From Rhizaria sp. SCN 62-66 (lineage: Eukaryota): a stretch of 32,551 bases of DNA. Position numbers and translations under genes: made by a program. The notes under the pieces are model-generated. The model made no database searches and was not told the DNA's origin. It saw only the letters and a program-made list of their open reading frames with translations. The DNA lies in the NCBI GenBank assembly GCA_001724265.1, contig MEDY01000094.1:62001-94551 (forward strand), written 5' to 3'. Below are positions 1-11,645 of this stretch, one piece after another (the stretch's first letter is position 1; every line of letters starts with the position of its first letter).

Positions 1-3000
1 GCGAGGCCGCGATCTCGGACGCGGCGGCGCTCTCCTCTGCGGGCGCCAGCGCGGTAGCGGCCGAGATGAGCGCGCTGAGGCAGCCCACCAGCACGGCCAA
101 CGCGGGCGCCGCGGCAGAGGCTACGGCCGAGTCCGCGGCCGAGAGCGAGGGCAGCGCAGCCGCGACGGGCACAGGAGTCGCGGAGGTCGCGCTGTGAGCG
201 CGCAGTGCGTGGGGGGGCGGCGGCGGGGCGGCGCCGGAGAGAGTGCTGGTGTCGATGCCGACGAGCAGCGTCGACACCACGTGCGAGTGCGCGCCAGTCG
301 CACCGGCGCCGGCGCCGCTGCCGCTGTAGGCGACGCGCATGGGCTGGCCGCTGTGGCCGTGCGACTGCGAGTGCGCGTGCGACAGAGCAAGAGTGAGAGC
401 CAGACCCGACGACTGCTGCTGCTGCTGCTGGCCAGTCTGCTGCCCATGTCGCATCTGCTGTTGCTGTTGCTGCAGCTTGACTGTGGTGAAGGCCGACTGC
501 ACGAACGCCCTCGCGGCAGCGGGCGCGGGCAGCTCAGTCACGTACGCCAGCGCCATCGCCGCCGCTACGGCGCGCTTCTGCGCCTTGTACGCCAACACGC
601 CGGCGAGATCGTCAGTGTTGACGTCTGCGTCCGCGTTACCGGCGCCGTCGCCGTCGCCGTCGTCGTCGCTGTCGCTGTCCGAGGAAGGCGGCGCGCCGGG
701 CCCCGCCGCCGCGAGCGCGGCCGCCGAGGCCGCCGTGACGACGCACGCGCCCGGGAGCGCCCACGCCGGCGCCGGTCCGCCTGCTGCGGCCGCAGCGGCG
801 GCGGCCGCGGAGGCCGGATCGCACAGCGCTGACGCAACCGTGACTGCAGCTTCGGACGCGGCCAGCGCGAGCGGCAGCGCAAGGGCCCACAGCCGCTCGG
901 CGCTCGCCTCGTCCGCAGCAGCAGCAGCGGCGGCGGCGGCAGCGGCACTGGCGGAAGTGGAAGCACTGGCATGGTTCGGGTTGGCGTTGCCGTTGGTGTT
1001 TATTGTCGCGCCGCTCATGTCGGTGGTAAGGTCGCCGCCCCAGTCGCCCGAGGCCGCGGCCGCAGCGGCGCGCGAGTACTCGCCCAGCGAGGCGGGCAGG
1101 TCGCTGCCTTCGACGGCGGCAAGCCGGGCAGCGGCGGACGCGGCGGCCGCCTGGGCCGAGACCGCGGCGGCGGTGGCCGCGGCGAGGCGGCCGAGCGCGC
1201 CGGAGCCCGCGCTGCCGCAGCAGTCGTCGCCGTCAGGCGAGCCGTCGCCGTTGCCGCTGTTGTTACTGTTGTTGTTGTTGCTGCTGCTGAGCTCAAAGTG
1301 GGAGCGCGTATCACGGTGCAACAGCGACTGCGAGTGAACATGCGACTGCGGCTGTGCGGGCGAGACTGGGTCAGAGCCGAGCAGCGCTGCGAGCGTGTTG
1401 ACGGTCTCCACCGCGGCGGCCACGGTGCGCGGCAGCTGCCAAAGCAACAGGTTCGGCTCGTCGCCCCCGCAGTCAGCGCCCTTGCCGGCGGCACTCGGGG
1501 ACTGGCTGCCGTTCGCCACGGCAACGGGCGACGGCGAGTGCGACAGCCTGGGATCGTTGTCGCCTGATAGGGCGAATGAGGCCGATAAGTCGCGCACCAC
1601 GCCGGCGCAACCCAGCTCCCGGTCTCGGTTGCTGTCGCCGCCGACAACGCCGCTGGAGCCGAGGTTGCACTCGCAGTCGCCGACGCAGCAGCACCCGCTG
1701 CCCGCGCCGCCAGCATAACAGCCAGCTCCAGAGTCGGCACACGCAGCCGTAGCAGCTGCGGCAGCGGCGCCGCCGGGCGCAAGCGCCGCGACCGACGCGG
1801 CCGCCTCCGCCGCGGCCGTGGCCTCCGCCGCCGCGGCCGCAAGCGCTGCCCCCAGGGGCCTGAGCGCGGCGGCGTAGGCTGGCGCGGGCGGCAGCGCGCG
1901 CAGCGGCGCGTGCGTCTCCGCCGCGGCACCGGCCTCGGCGACGGCGTCGAGCGCGCAGAGCAGCAGCGGCAGCGACGCGAAAGCCATACGCACGCACGCG
2001 CGCGGGCGGGCGGGACGCGCGCGCGGCGCCGCGGCGGGCCGGTAGGGGCTCTGGGTCGGAGACAGGTAGGCAGAAGACTGCGAGGCGTGAAGCTGCGACT
2101 GCGGCTGCGGCTGCGAGTAGCCTCGGCCAGCAGCAGTGTTAAGCGCGTGATTGTTGCTATTGTTGACTCCAATTGCTACAGTCGACAGAGACCTCAGCAC
2201 GTCGGCAGACGCCTCATGTCCCGCATTCGCACTCGCGCCTGCAGCAGCAGCAGACGCAGCCGCCGTGATGTTGTTGCCGTTGCCTCTGTACGCGCTGTGC
2301 GGCGCCGCGTGGCCGACGTCCGCGGCCGAGGCGCCCGCGGCGTGGGCCAGCACCGCGCCGAAGCCCCACACGCACTCGCCGAGCGCGCTGCCGCCGCAGA
2401 GCGCCGCGTCCGTCGCGCTGTAGTCCGCGCACGCAGACGCAGCGCTACTGTTCCTGTGCCCGTATGCAGTCGTTGTAGCGCCGGTGAATGCGGAGCCGGT
2501 AAAGGCGGGGGTGGTGGGTGGGCAAGGCAAGAAGAGCGGCCGTGCGGCGAGCGCCGAGGCCGGGAGCGCGAGCAGGGGCCGGCTGGACGCGGCGCGGAGC
2601 TCCTGGGAGTAGTCGCTCCGGCCTTCTTCGTTGGGGTCAGCGCCACTCGCCGCATCAGCGCTCTCAGAACGGTCGCGGTCGCGCTCACGGTCTTGGGCGG
2701 CGTTGACCGCAGGCGCTGTTGAGCTGGAGTGAGAGCTGTGAGTGTGCAAGTTCCTGCTCGCGCTCGCACTGGGATGCGGAGTGCTACTGTCCGTGGCCGC
2801 CGCCACGGGGGGACCGTGGCCGGGCAGCAGCATCACGATGTTGTGCCGCACCCAGAGACGCGCGCGCACAACCACGTCCTCCGTGCCCGTGAGAACGCCC
2901 CCGGCCTCTGCGGCGGCGGCGGCGGCCGCGGCGACGGCGGCCGCGGCGGCAGGGTCGGCGGCCAGCGCGCGCGCGCGTGCGGCGGCGGAGGGCAGCGAGT

Positions 3001-3745
3001 CGAGCCATGCGAGCACCGGCACCGGCGCGGGGGCGCGGGGCCGGCACGCCGTGGCCAGCGCGGCGGTCGTGGCGGCGGCGCTCGCTGCAGCGGCCGCGGC
3101 GGCGTTGTCGTAGGGTACAAGAGCTGTGTTATCGTCGTCGTTGTTGTAACTGTAGTTGTTGATGTGGTTGCTAGCGGAAGACGTGGGGTCGGCCGTGAGC
3201 ACAGGAGCAGTCACGGCGCCGTTAGCGTCGTTGTACGCAGCCTCACAGACACCAGTATAGCCGTAAGTAGCATCCGCAGCAGCAGAAGGAGCGCCAGACG
3301 AGACAGCCGCGCTGGCAGCGGTGTGGCGACAGGGTGAAACAGCTCCGACTACGTGCGGCTGCGGTCTCGCGAGGACCTTAACGGAGAACGACAACGTAGG
3401 GTTACCAACATGCACAAGCTGTGAACTCTGTTGCTGCTGCTGTTGCGGATATAACTGCTGCTGTTGCTGCTGACGGCCATTGAAGCTCGTCGTGTTGTTG
3501 TTGACAAGGTTGCCGGCCAGGACGTCGTTGAGGGAGACTGGGTTGGCAGCCAGCGAAAGACGTGGGCGCAGAGACGCCTGGGCAAACGGCAGCGGAAGCG
3601 CGTTTTGCGTTGGGCCGAGCGCAGTAGTGTCAATCTGTGGACGTGGCGCGCCCCGTGCGGCGGAGGCAGCGGAGGCGACGGCAGCACCACGAGGCGCCCC
3701 TTGCTGAGAGGCGTTCGCAGCGGAACCGAACTATTGTCGGTTCAT
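1..3745 (-). CDS. Large Ala/Gln/Ser-rich hypothetical protein (>1240 aa, 3' end beyond the left edge), with an in-frame TAG at codon 5
   Basis: The minus frame with codons starting at 3745 reads ATG AAC CGA CAA TAG TTC GGT (MNRQ*FG); I found no stop from 3730 to the window edge. It has polyQ/polyA tracts like the other genes. It is probably missing from the ORF track because it has no stop inside the window. The next in-frame ATG is ~300 codons later (2833). No domain recognised. Confidence 0.7.
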
Positions 3746-4030
3746 GCCTTAGACTTTAAACAAAGGTTAACAGGTACAAAAAAGACAAAAATGAGTCCAA
3801 AACCTTCACTAGACGCGATTGATATCGTCTGACGCGATGAATACGGCGTAAAGGAGGCCGAGCTCAACTCGAAACTGCACATAAAGGAATCGAAATCTTG
3901 CCGAAAACGTCGTCAAATAGCTATGAAATTTTGATATTATATACAAACTAAAATGAGACTATCTGCCATAAAAGGATTTTCAAAAGAAATGTGATTATGG
4001 CGGACAAAGGTTTCTTAAGGTGATGGAATC

Positions 4031-4062
4031 CCACAGTCGCCCACGGTCACTTCGGGTCCGAC
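4031..4062 (+). promoter_or_regulatory. Candidate upstream element: CCACAGTCGC-CCACGGTCAC followed by GGTCCGAC
   Basis: GCCCACGGTCAC (4039-4050) recurs exactly on the minus strand at 21176-21187. The 10-mer core also occurs at 21561. Both copies lie in sense orientation upstream of a gene. Confidence 0.45.
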
Positions 4063-4084
4063 CACAAACCCTCCTCAGCTTCAC

Positions 4085-4473
4085 AGCGAACGCAAAACGG
4101 GCCCCCAGTCACTTGGGGCTCAAAGGGGCGCTGTTGTTTGAGTCCCGTGCTGCGTTTTCGCTCGCGTGTGTGGATTATTTCATGTTATACCCTGATTGCG
4201 TGGAATGATTTCTGTGTGTGTATTGTATTGTTTTACTGCAGACGCAAACTTTCATTTGAGAACGACAACCTAACCGAGAGGTTGGGGAGCAGCAGGTGGA
4301 CCTACTGACACACGCCACGAGTGCTGCGGCAGTGCTGTGGCGCGGCACTGCTGCGGCGCGCTGTGGGGTGCATGCGACCCACTTCTTGGTCGGAAAACTG
4401 CCTGATCGAACTTGGAGTGCGGCGGACTGCCCTTGTGTCGCCTGTCGACAGGGGTCCTGACAAAGCTCCGAGT
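4085..4473 (+). ncRNA. Candidate structured RNA or structured 5' leader (family unknown)
   Basis: By-eye folding gives a three-way junction (4085-4162), a 7-bp GAGA-tetraloop hairpin (4269-4286), a 17-bp contiguous helix (4321-4337/4343-4359, 4 G-U pairs) and an irregular hairpin (4410-4473). All three plus frames hit a stop shortly after 4241. Confidence 0.3.
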
Positions 4474-4850
4474 CGCCTCGACCTGCCCTCGCAAATCCTG
4501 TGCATGCCACACCGCAATCGTGCCGCGGACACATCCTACTGCTGTGTTCTTGTGTAGTACCGATGAACAACTCCGCCTTTGAGTTTTAATCTCTTTTGGG
4601 CGTTGTTATGCCCCTCTCAGGTCTCGTTTGCTGTGCGCGCCAAGGACACGTCAACGTTCCGCTTCCTGGCTCATCCCGACGATAACAAAACACTGCTAAA
4701 CATGCGTTAAACAAAGCCCAGTATCGATAATTTTGTAATATGTTGTACTAATGCATTTATTGAACTCACCGTCTTGTTTGAATTTCTTTATACGTTGATC
4801 TCACCTTACCCGACCTATTTTTGCGTGTCGCGCTCAGCTCGTTGGCACAG

Positions 4851-7625
4851 ATGAACGCAGGAGCGGCTGCCGAGGAGGCCCGCCTGCAGCGCGAGTGGTT
4901 CCCCGAGGCCGTGCCGGGCCTTTTCCGCGTCTCCAAGGCCGAGGCTGCTGCCGACCTTGACGTCATTCAGGCGTCTCTCATGCGCTTCCAGCAGCAACCC
5001 CAGCCTCCCTCTGCTGAGGCCCCCATTGACCGCGCCTCCAAGAAGTCTCGCCTCATCGAGAAGATCTTCCGTGATGCGTACGTTTCTTCTACAACTGCTC
5101 TTCATTTTGCTTTTCACTCACTCCATTTAATTTTTTCACTTGAGCACTTTCACTAACCTCTTGTCCAACTTGCCTCCCTCGTGATACTCGCCCCCCACAG
5201 CACCCCGCACCACCTGCAGCGCGAGGAGCACGCGAACCTCCGCGCCGTGCTCGACCAAGTGCGCGCCGACACGCTCTCCCTTAAGGACGCGATGTCGAAC
5301 GTGCGCCGCGACCACGCCCTGGCGATCCGCGAGCGCATCGCGCACGATCAGCACCTCCAGTCTTCGCGCGAGGACATGCTCGCCACGGTTGGCGCCACCG
5401 AGAGTGCGCGCGCGCTCTACGCCGACGCGCTGCTGACGCTGCGGCGGCGCCTGGACCTTGCGCACGACGACGCCGACGTGGCGCGGTCGCGGCTCGAGGA
5501 CGCGCGCACGTTCGCGGTGCGCATGCAGACGATGGAGCAGGAGCAGCTCGAGCAGAGGCTGCGCTTCGACGCCGTGTGCGACGAGAACGCCGCCATGCAG
5601 GACCTGCTGCGCGGCATCGTCGACGCCATGTACCGCGCCGACGCCAAGAAGCCCGTCAAGGCCAAGAAGAGCGCCGCCAAGAAGGACGGCGCTGCTGCTG
5701 AGGGCAATGCGAGCTCCAGCGCCATTGCCAGTGCTGATGTCGAGGACAAGAAGGACAGCGAGGACGCCAAGCCCGCCGACGCCGTGGACACTGCCACCAA
5801 GGCCGACGGCGACGCCGCCGCCAAGAGCGACTCTGCCGCCGCTGAGGATGGAGACGACGACGACGATGACGCCGAGGCCCCCGTGGACGCCATCCTGCGC
5901 GTGCTGTCGGCCGAGCAGGTCGCCATTCTCCGCGAAATCGCGCAATCCAAGGCCAAGGCCGCCGCGGCCAACGCCGTTGTCGCGGTCACGGTCACGGACG
6001 GCGACGCGGCCGACGCCGACGCCGCCAAGGCCGAGGGCGCGGAGAAGGACGGCGCCAGCGCGGAGATGAGCGACCTGGTCAGCGTCGGCCCGCTGCCGAC
6101 CGCCAACGCCGACGGCGCCGTCAAGGCCGAGGCGTCCTCGTCCTCGTCCTCCTCCTCTGACAGCGCCAGCGCGAGTGCTAGTGAGCAGAAGCCGCAGTCG
6201 CAGCTGGTGACGCTGCTGGGCCCCCCGTCGCAGACCCGCGGCAAGCGCGCCCGCGAGGACGGCGCCGCCGTAGCCAGCAACGACAACAACAACGACGACA
6301 ACAGTAAGGAGAACGGCGACGGCGCGGGCGACGTGTCTCTGCCGGCCGCCACGCGCCGCCGCTTCGCCTACGAGGCCGGGCTCGAGGCCACGGGCGACGA
6401 GGGACTCGAGCCTGCGGCCGCGGCCGCGCTGAGCGCCGAGACCCGCGCGGCCCGCAAGAGCGCGCTCGAGTCACACGCGCGCCTGCTCGACTTCGAGGGC
6501 GTTTTCGACTCGCACGTCTTCTTCTCGTTGCTGCGCCGCCAGGTACGAGCAAATGAAGCTTGACAATTGCGTGGCGCTTACTTTATGTTTATCCGATGAA
6601 ATGAATCCACTTGTCTTTTCACACTGTATCTTGTTCGCTCATCTCGTGCACGAACTTATCTCTCGCGTTTTGTTCTTCTTTAGGTGGACCACATCCTGGA
6701 GCTGCAGGCGACGCTGGGCAGCGAGGCCGTGCGCAGCGCCGAGCTCGCCGACGAGGTCGCCGTGGGCGCGCAGAAGATCGAGCTGCTCACCGCCGAGGCC
6801 GAGAAGGTCAACGGCGTCATCGCGCGTCTCCGCGACGTGTGTCTGCAGCAGGAGCTGGCCATCGTGTCGCACGAGTCGCGCACGCAGGCTGTGCTGCAGG
6901 AGCTCGACCTGGTGCGCCGCGAGAAGAGCCAGCTCGAGGCGCAGAAGGTCGCCGACGACATTAAGTACCGCTCGCTCGTCGACTGCCTGGCCGCGGCCGA
7001 TGTGCGCAGCGTCGAGGCTGAGAACGCCGTGCTCGACTCGCTCCACGAGCTCCGCGTGCTCCGCACCGGTAACGCCACGCTGCAGACCGCCTTCGACCGC
7101 CTCTCCCGTGAGCGCAACGAGCTGGCGCGCACCGTGGTCGAGCTGGAGGACCGCAGCGCGGCGTCGGCGGGCGCGGCGGGCGCAGCCGAGGCGGCCGCCG
7201 AGTCGACCGGCGCGGACGCGACTGCGCTGGCGCTGCGACTGCAGAAGCAGCTCGCAACGACGCGCGCGCTGACGAGCGAGCTTAAGGCGGCCGAGGACGC
7301 GCAGCGCCTGCAACAGAAGGAGATCAAAAAGCTGCAAAAGCAGCTCGCGGACATCATGGGCACGCGTATCGGCGAGCAGATCGAGGTGCTCGAGGTGCTG
7401 GAGCCCAAGGCCGCCGCTAAGGCCGCCGCGTTGACTGCGGCGAACGCTGCTGCGAGCACGACGGCCAGCACTTCGGCCGCCGTCGCCGCGGCCACCGCCA
7501 ACGCGGCCGCCGCCTCGGACTCGGCCGCTGCTGCCGCCGGTGCCGGTGGCGAGGAGGACGAGGCCGCGGCCGGCGCGGCGGGCAGCACGATGGGCGACGG
7601 CGAGGTGCGCGTCAAGAAGGAGTAA
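4851..7625 (+). CDS. Coiled-coil hypothetical protein, ~836 aa, 3 exons: join(4851..5077,5201..6542,6684..7625)
   Basis: Three ORF-track segments join in frame through GTACGT..CAG (5078-5200) and GTACGA..TAG (6543-6683). It has heptad-like E/R/L/A/Q-rich blocks separated by acidic/Ala-rich linkers and ends in TAA. An additional upstream exon cannot be excluded because an AG abuts the ATG. Confidence 0.8.
5078..5200 (+). other. Spliceosomal intron (123 nt)
   Basis: GTACGT donor, CACTAAC branch-point match at 5151-5157, CCACAG acceptor. Removal restores the frame (..RDA|TPHH..). Confidence 0.85.
6543..6683 (+). other. Spliceosomal intron (141 nt)
   Basis: CAG|GTACGA donor, T-rich tract, TTTAG acceptor, phase 0. 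Confidence 0.85.
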
Positions 7626-8380
7626 GCAATGCAATCCACATTGCGTCGTTTATTATCAAAGCTACTAAAGAAAGAAAAAACTATCTTGCTTGAGCTCGCT
7701 TTAAATCTTGCCTCTTCTTACTGCCGCTACCGCTCTATTCGTTACTGCTTTTGCTTTCTGTGTTCTGTCCTCTCAGTGCTTTGTGTTTCTATTCCACAAA
7801 CGACAACCTTGTTGTTGACAATGTATAGATATGCCGAAGAGTTACTTCCCCCGTTTTACCTTAGTTCATCTTGTTATTTCTTTTTAAAATGTACTGAAGA
7901 CGCGTCCTAGTACAACGCATACTTTGTCATCATTATGTACATAATGATGTTGCGCTGTGGTCATGTTTGGTTGTCGTTTCAACGAATGTATCGTTAAATC
8001 GTCGATAACTACAACAAGGGCAGCAAGAAATATCTCTTTCATTTTTCCGAATGATTGGTCAATGACAACAAATTTATGTTCCTAACAGTGGTTTTATACT
8101 GTTTTTTCCTTACTACCATCACTTTTTATGAAGTGACTGCGTGTGAGCACACATCGAAACAATCAACATTAAAAACAAACACAATACAAAAATCTAATAT
8201 CAAAAACATATTGTATACATTTGTGTTTACATTTTGTCTCATTGTTTGACCCTAGAAGAATAAAAAATGAACTAAGTATCTCAATTTGCTATCATCTACA
8301 CAACGACCTAAGACGACAGCAGCAACGTTAATTTATAACTCACAGAGCACGTGCATTATGCCTCGCCCTCGCACACGCAC

Positions 8381-9823
8381 TCAGTAGCGACAGAGCCATT
8401 GGAAGCGCTGCGTGGCCCTGAGCAGGTACTCGAGCACCTCCGGCTCGAGCCAGTCAAGCTTGCGCAGCTCCTCCTCCCTGGGCCCGCCCTCGCGGCAGAC
8501 CAGGTCGCGCAGCCGTGTGGCCGAGCATGGCGGCACGGGCGGGTACGGCGAGTGTGCCTGCGCGGGGTCAACAAGGCGGAAGCGGTGCGCGGGCCCTAGC
8601 GCGTCCTGCCGCGCGCGCGCCTGACGCACGTCGTCGATGAGCCGCGCGACAGAGCAACCGGGCCGCGCCACGGCCAGGAAGCTGCCGCGCGCGTACAGCC
8701 GCTGCCGCAGCGCCGTGTTGGCGCCGCAGACCTGGACAACGGCGACGTCGGGCCGCGGGGCCAGCGCGGCCGCGAACGACGGCGTCTCGGTCACGATGCG
8801 CAGAGCGATGTGGCGCAGCTTGTCGGCTGCGCGCTCCGAGGACACCCAGCCGTAGGGGCAGACGGCGGTGAGCGGGCATGCGCGCACTGCGAGCTCGCAC
8901 ATCTCAGCGCGCTTGTCGAGCTCCATGTGCTGCAGCGAGTTGGGCACCTTGGTCTTCATGTAGGCGTCGCTGGCGACGTTGAGGAAACGTGCGATGACGA
9001 CCTTGTCGCCGTCGGCCTCAATCGCCGCCTGCGCCGTGTCCAGCAGCGCCGTGTGCGCGCGGTGCACGGGCGCGAAGGCACCCGTCAGCACCAGCAACAC
9101 CAGCTGCGGCGGCGCTGTCGTCGCCGCGCCCAGCGCCAGCGACGCCGCCGACAGCGGGTCCCCGCAGCTGACGTCGCTGTCACTGCCGCCGCTCAGCGCC
9201 GCGCCCGCGCTGGCGGTGGCGGCGGAGAGCGCGGCCGTGAAGTGGTCGTCCGCGGCGGCGACGGCGGCGGCGACGGCGTCCTCGGGCAGCCCGGCGGCGC
9301 GGGCGGCGTCGGCGGCGGCGGCGTGGGCGCGCGCGCGGAGCTCCTCGCTCTCGGCCTCCCTGCGCTCAGCAATAACGGCGGTAACCTCCTCCAAGCTGGC
9401 GATAAGCTTGTCGACGCACACGCGGCCGTCGGCGTCGGTGTAGTAGATGGACCCCGTCTCGCCGCAGCGCTCCAGGCAGCCCGGCGGGAAGGCCTTGACG
9501 GCGGGCGGGGTCACCTCGCGCTCGCGGTGGTAGCGCGACGACGTCAGCGTCGCGATGCGCGGCAGCGGAGACGACATCGGCGGCACGCGCACGGCGGGGG
9601 ACTGCGGCGCCGCGGTGGTGGCCGAGGAGAAGACCGGGCGTGGGAGCGTGCTCATGCTCATGCTATTGTTGCTGCCGCTGCTGCCGCGGGTACGGGAGGC
9701 TGTTCCGGGCCGGGAAGACAAGGATGAGCCTGAGCGCGCGGTAATCGAACCAGAAGGCGTCTTAGAGCCATGGTGCAGCGTACGCGGGCTCACAATGTCG
9801 AGCGGGCGCGCAAAGCGGCTCAT
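8381..9823 (-). CDS. NMNAT/NadD-like nucleotidyltransferase (cytidylyltransferase-like, HxxH family) with long low-complexity N-terminus, 480 aa
   Basis: Motifs occur in NMNAT order: TGAFAPVHRAH (GxFxPx[T/H]xxH), SDAY, KRAEMCELA, VCGAN (cf. CGAD), AVARPG, SATRLR (cf. SSTxIR), LEPEVLEYL. Ends in TGA. Confidence 0.75.
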   Translation of the reverse strand: MSRFARPLDIVSPRTLHHGSKTPSGSITARSGSSLSSRPGTASRTRGSSGSNNSMSMSTLPRPVFSSATTAAPQSPAVRVPPMSSPLPRIATLTSSRYHREREVTPPAVKAFPPGCLERCGETGSIYYTDADGRVCVDKLIASLEEVTAVIAERREAESEELRARAHAAAADAARAAGLPEDAVAAAVAAADDHFTAALSAATASAGAALSGGSDSDVSCGDPLSAASLALGAATTAPPQLVLLVLTGAFAPVHRAHTALLDTAQAAIEADGDKVVIARFLNVASDAYMKTKVPNSLQHMELDKRAEMCELAVRACPLTAVCPYGWVSSERAADKLRHIALRIVTETPSFAAALAPRPDVAVVQVCGANTALRQRLYARGSFLAVARPGCSVARLIDDVRQARARQDALGPAHRFRLVDPAQAHSPYPPVPPCSATRLRDLVCREGGPREEELRKLDWLEPEVLEYLLRATQRFQWLCRY

Positions 9824-10180
9824 AGGAAGGACGAAAGCAGCGCCACTGAAGTGAGTAGTCTAGTTGCGGGAAGAGAGGCTGTGGGAAAGGAAACAAGAGG
9901 TTGAAGGGCCAAAGCTATAATGGTTAAATGAAAAAGATCGTTTGATATTAGAAATAAGGCGCAGCTTCCTAAGGCACCCTTAAACAACACCTCTAAAACA
10001 CCGCATAGGAATCGACAGAACGCGTTTGAAGGTCCTAACAGAGAGCTATAAAGGCACTAATTTGCATAAAATGAAATAAAGCGTTGAAACTCAATATATC
10101 ATAATATCATCTCATTTGACGCTTGTAATAGAGCGCTGCGGTACGAAACGCAAAAGAGAACAAAGCCCGATTTTTTAGGT

Positions 10181-10240
10181 CCACCGTCGCATTTTATTTT
10201 TTTCGTGGTGGTGGTCGCTTCAACGGCCTCTCGGTCCAAC
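10181..10240 (+). promoter_or_regulatory. Candidate upstream element: CCACCGTCGC ... CTCGGTCCAAC
   Basis: CTCGGTCCAAC (10230-10240) is identical to the minus-strand 11-mer at 21136-21146 upstream of PP4. It lies in the divergent spacer between the NMNAT-like gene and SERCA. Confidence 0.4.
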
Positions 10241-10687
10241 CGTCGGAGTTGCGACTTTGGAAAAGCAAACTGGTGGCCATGTAAAACTTGTGAGGGCGTG
10301 AATTGTTGTGCAATAGTGTGTCTCTGATAGGTTTTGCACTTTAACTTTAAAGATCCTCTATTGGTGCTCGGGATGTGCATGGATCCGAAGGGTCTCAATT
10401 AGTGCCGTTAACTTGCTGACACAGACTCCCGAATCTCTTCCTCTAAGTGCCTTACAAACTCGCTGAAACGCGCCAAACCTTCAGGAAATGCCTGCAATGC
10501 ATCGAAATAGCATTATTCTATTAACTCATTGTGCATTATGTGCGTGGCAACGCTTTAATGCCTGCTATTTCTCTCTATAGTCGATCTGACCTGAGACAAC
10601 TTTCCCTCACCACACTCCAATTCATCTGCTCATTTGCCCTCTAAACCTCTTTGACGACTCCCCTGTCTTTTTTGTCTCGTCTATAGA

Positions 10688-11611
10688 ATGGCATCGACCG
10701 CCTTCGCCCCCTGGGCCAAGGACTCGAAGTCCCTCTTTGCCGAGTTCGGCACCCGTTCGCTGACGAACGGCCTCACTTCAGAGCAGGTGGCGGAGAACCG
10801 CGCTAAGTACGGCGCGAACGTCATCCCTGCTGGCAAGACCACCTCTATTTTCGCCCTCATCCTGGACCAGTTCAAGGACCACCTTGTGCTGATTCTGCTC
10901 GGTGCCGCTGTTGTGTCGTTCATCCTCGCGCTGTTCGAGGAGGGCGAGGACCGCATCACGGCCTTCGTCGAGCCCGCTGTCATCCTTATCATTCTCGCCG
11001 CCAACGCCACCGTCGGCGTGGTCCAGGAAACCAACGCCGAGAAGGCCATCGAGAAGCTCAAGGAGTCCGAGGCCTCCGAGGCCGTTGTGATCCGCGACGG
11101 CAAGACCGTCACCGTCCACCCCTCCGACCTCGTGCCCGGCGACGTGATCGTGCTCAACGACGGCGACAAGGTCCCCGCCGACGCGCGCGTGCTGCAGCTC
11201 ATCTCGGCCGTGCTCTACATCGACGAGGCGTCACTTACGGGCGAGGCCGAGGCCGTGCACAAGACCATCGACCCCATCCGCCAGACCGACATCTCCGTCC
11301 AGAAGAAGACCAACATGGTCTTCTCCGGCACTCTGGTTGTTCGCGGCAAGGCCATCGCCGTCGTGTGCACTACCGGCGCCTCGACCGAGCTCGGCGTGAT
11401 CGCGTCTTCGCTCGAGGACAAGGACGACGACGACGACGAGGACGATAAGACCCCGCTGCAGAAGAAGCTCGACCGGTTCGGCGAGCAGCTCTCCAAGGTC
11501 ATCACCGTGCTCTGCATCCTCGTCTGGCTCATCAACATCGGCCACTTCACCGACCCCGTCCACGGCTCCGTCTTCCGCGGCGCCATCTACTACTTCAAGA
11601 TCGCCGTCGCG

Positions 11612-11645
<34 letters not shown>

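Noticed and set aside
121-3832. Many overlapping 60-385 aa ORFs in the track over the left-hand gene
   Set aside because: They are shadow frames of GC-rich coding DNA; one continuous minus frame explains the region.
4267-4275. AACCTAACC as a telomerase RNA template for TTAGG repeats
   Set aside because: Only 9 nt and mostly paired in a GAGA-loop stem; no pseudoknot or telomere evidence is visible.
4256-4407. TPP riboswitch or SRP RNA resemblance (TGAGA, CCTGATC, GGTCGGAAA, AGCAG)
   Set aside because: The words are out of order or wrongly spaced; there is no GGnTAATnCC loop and no SRP helix-8 geometry.
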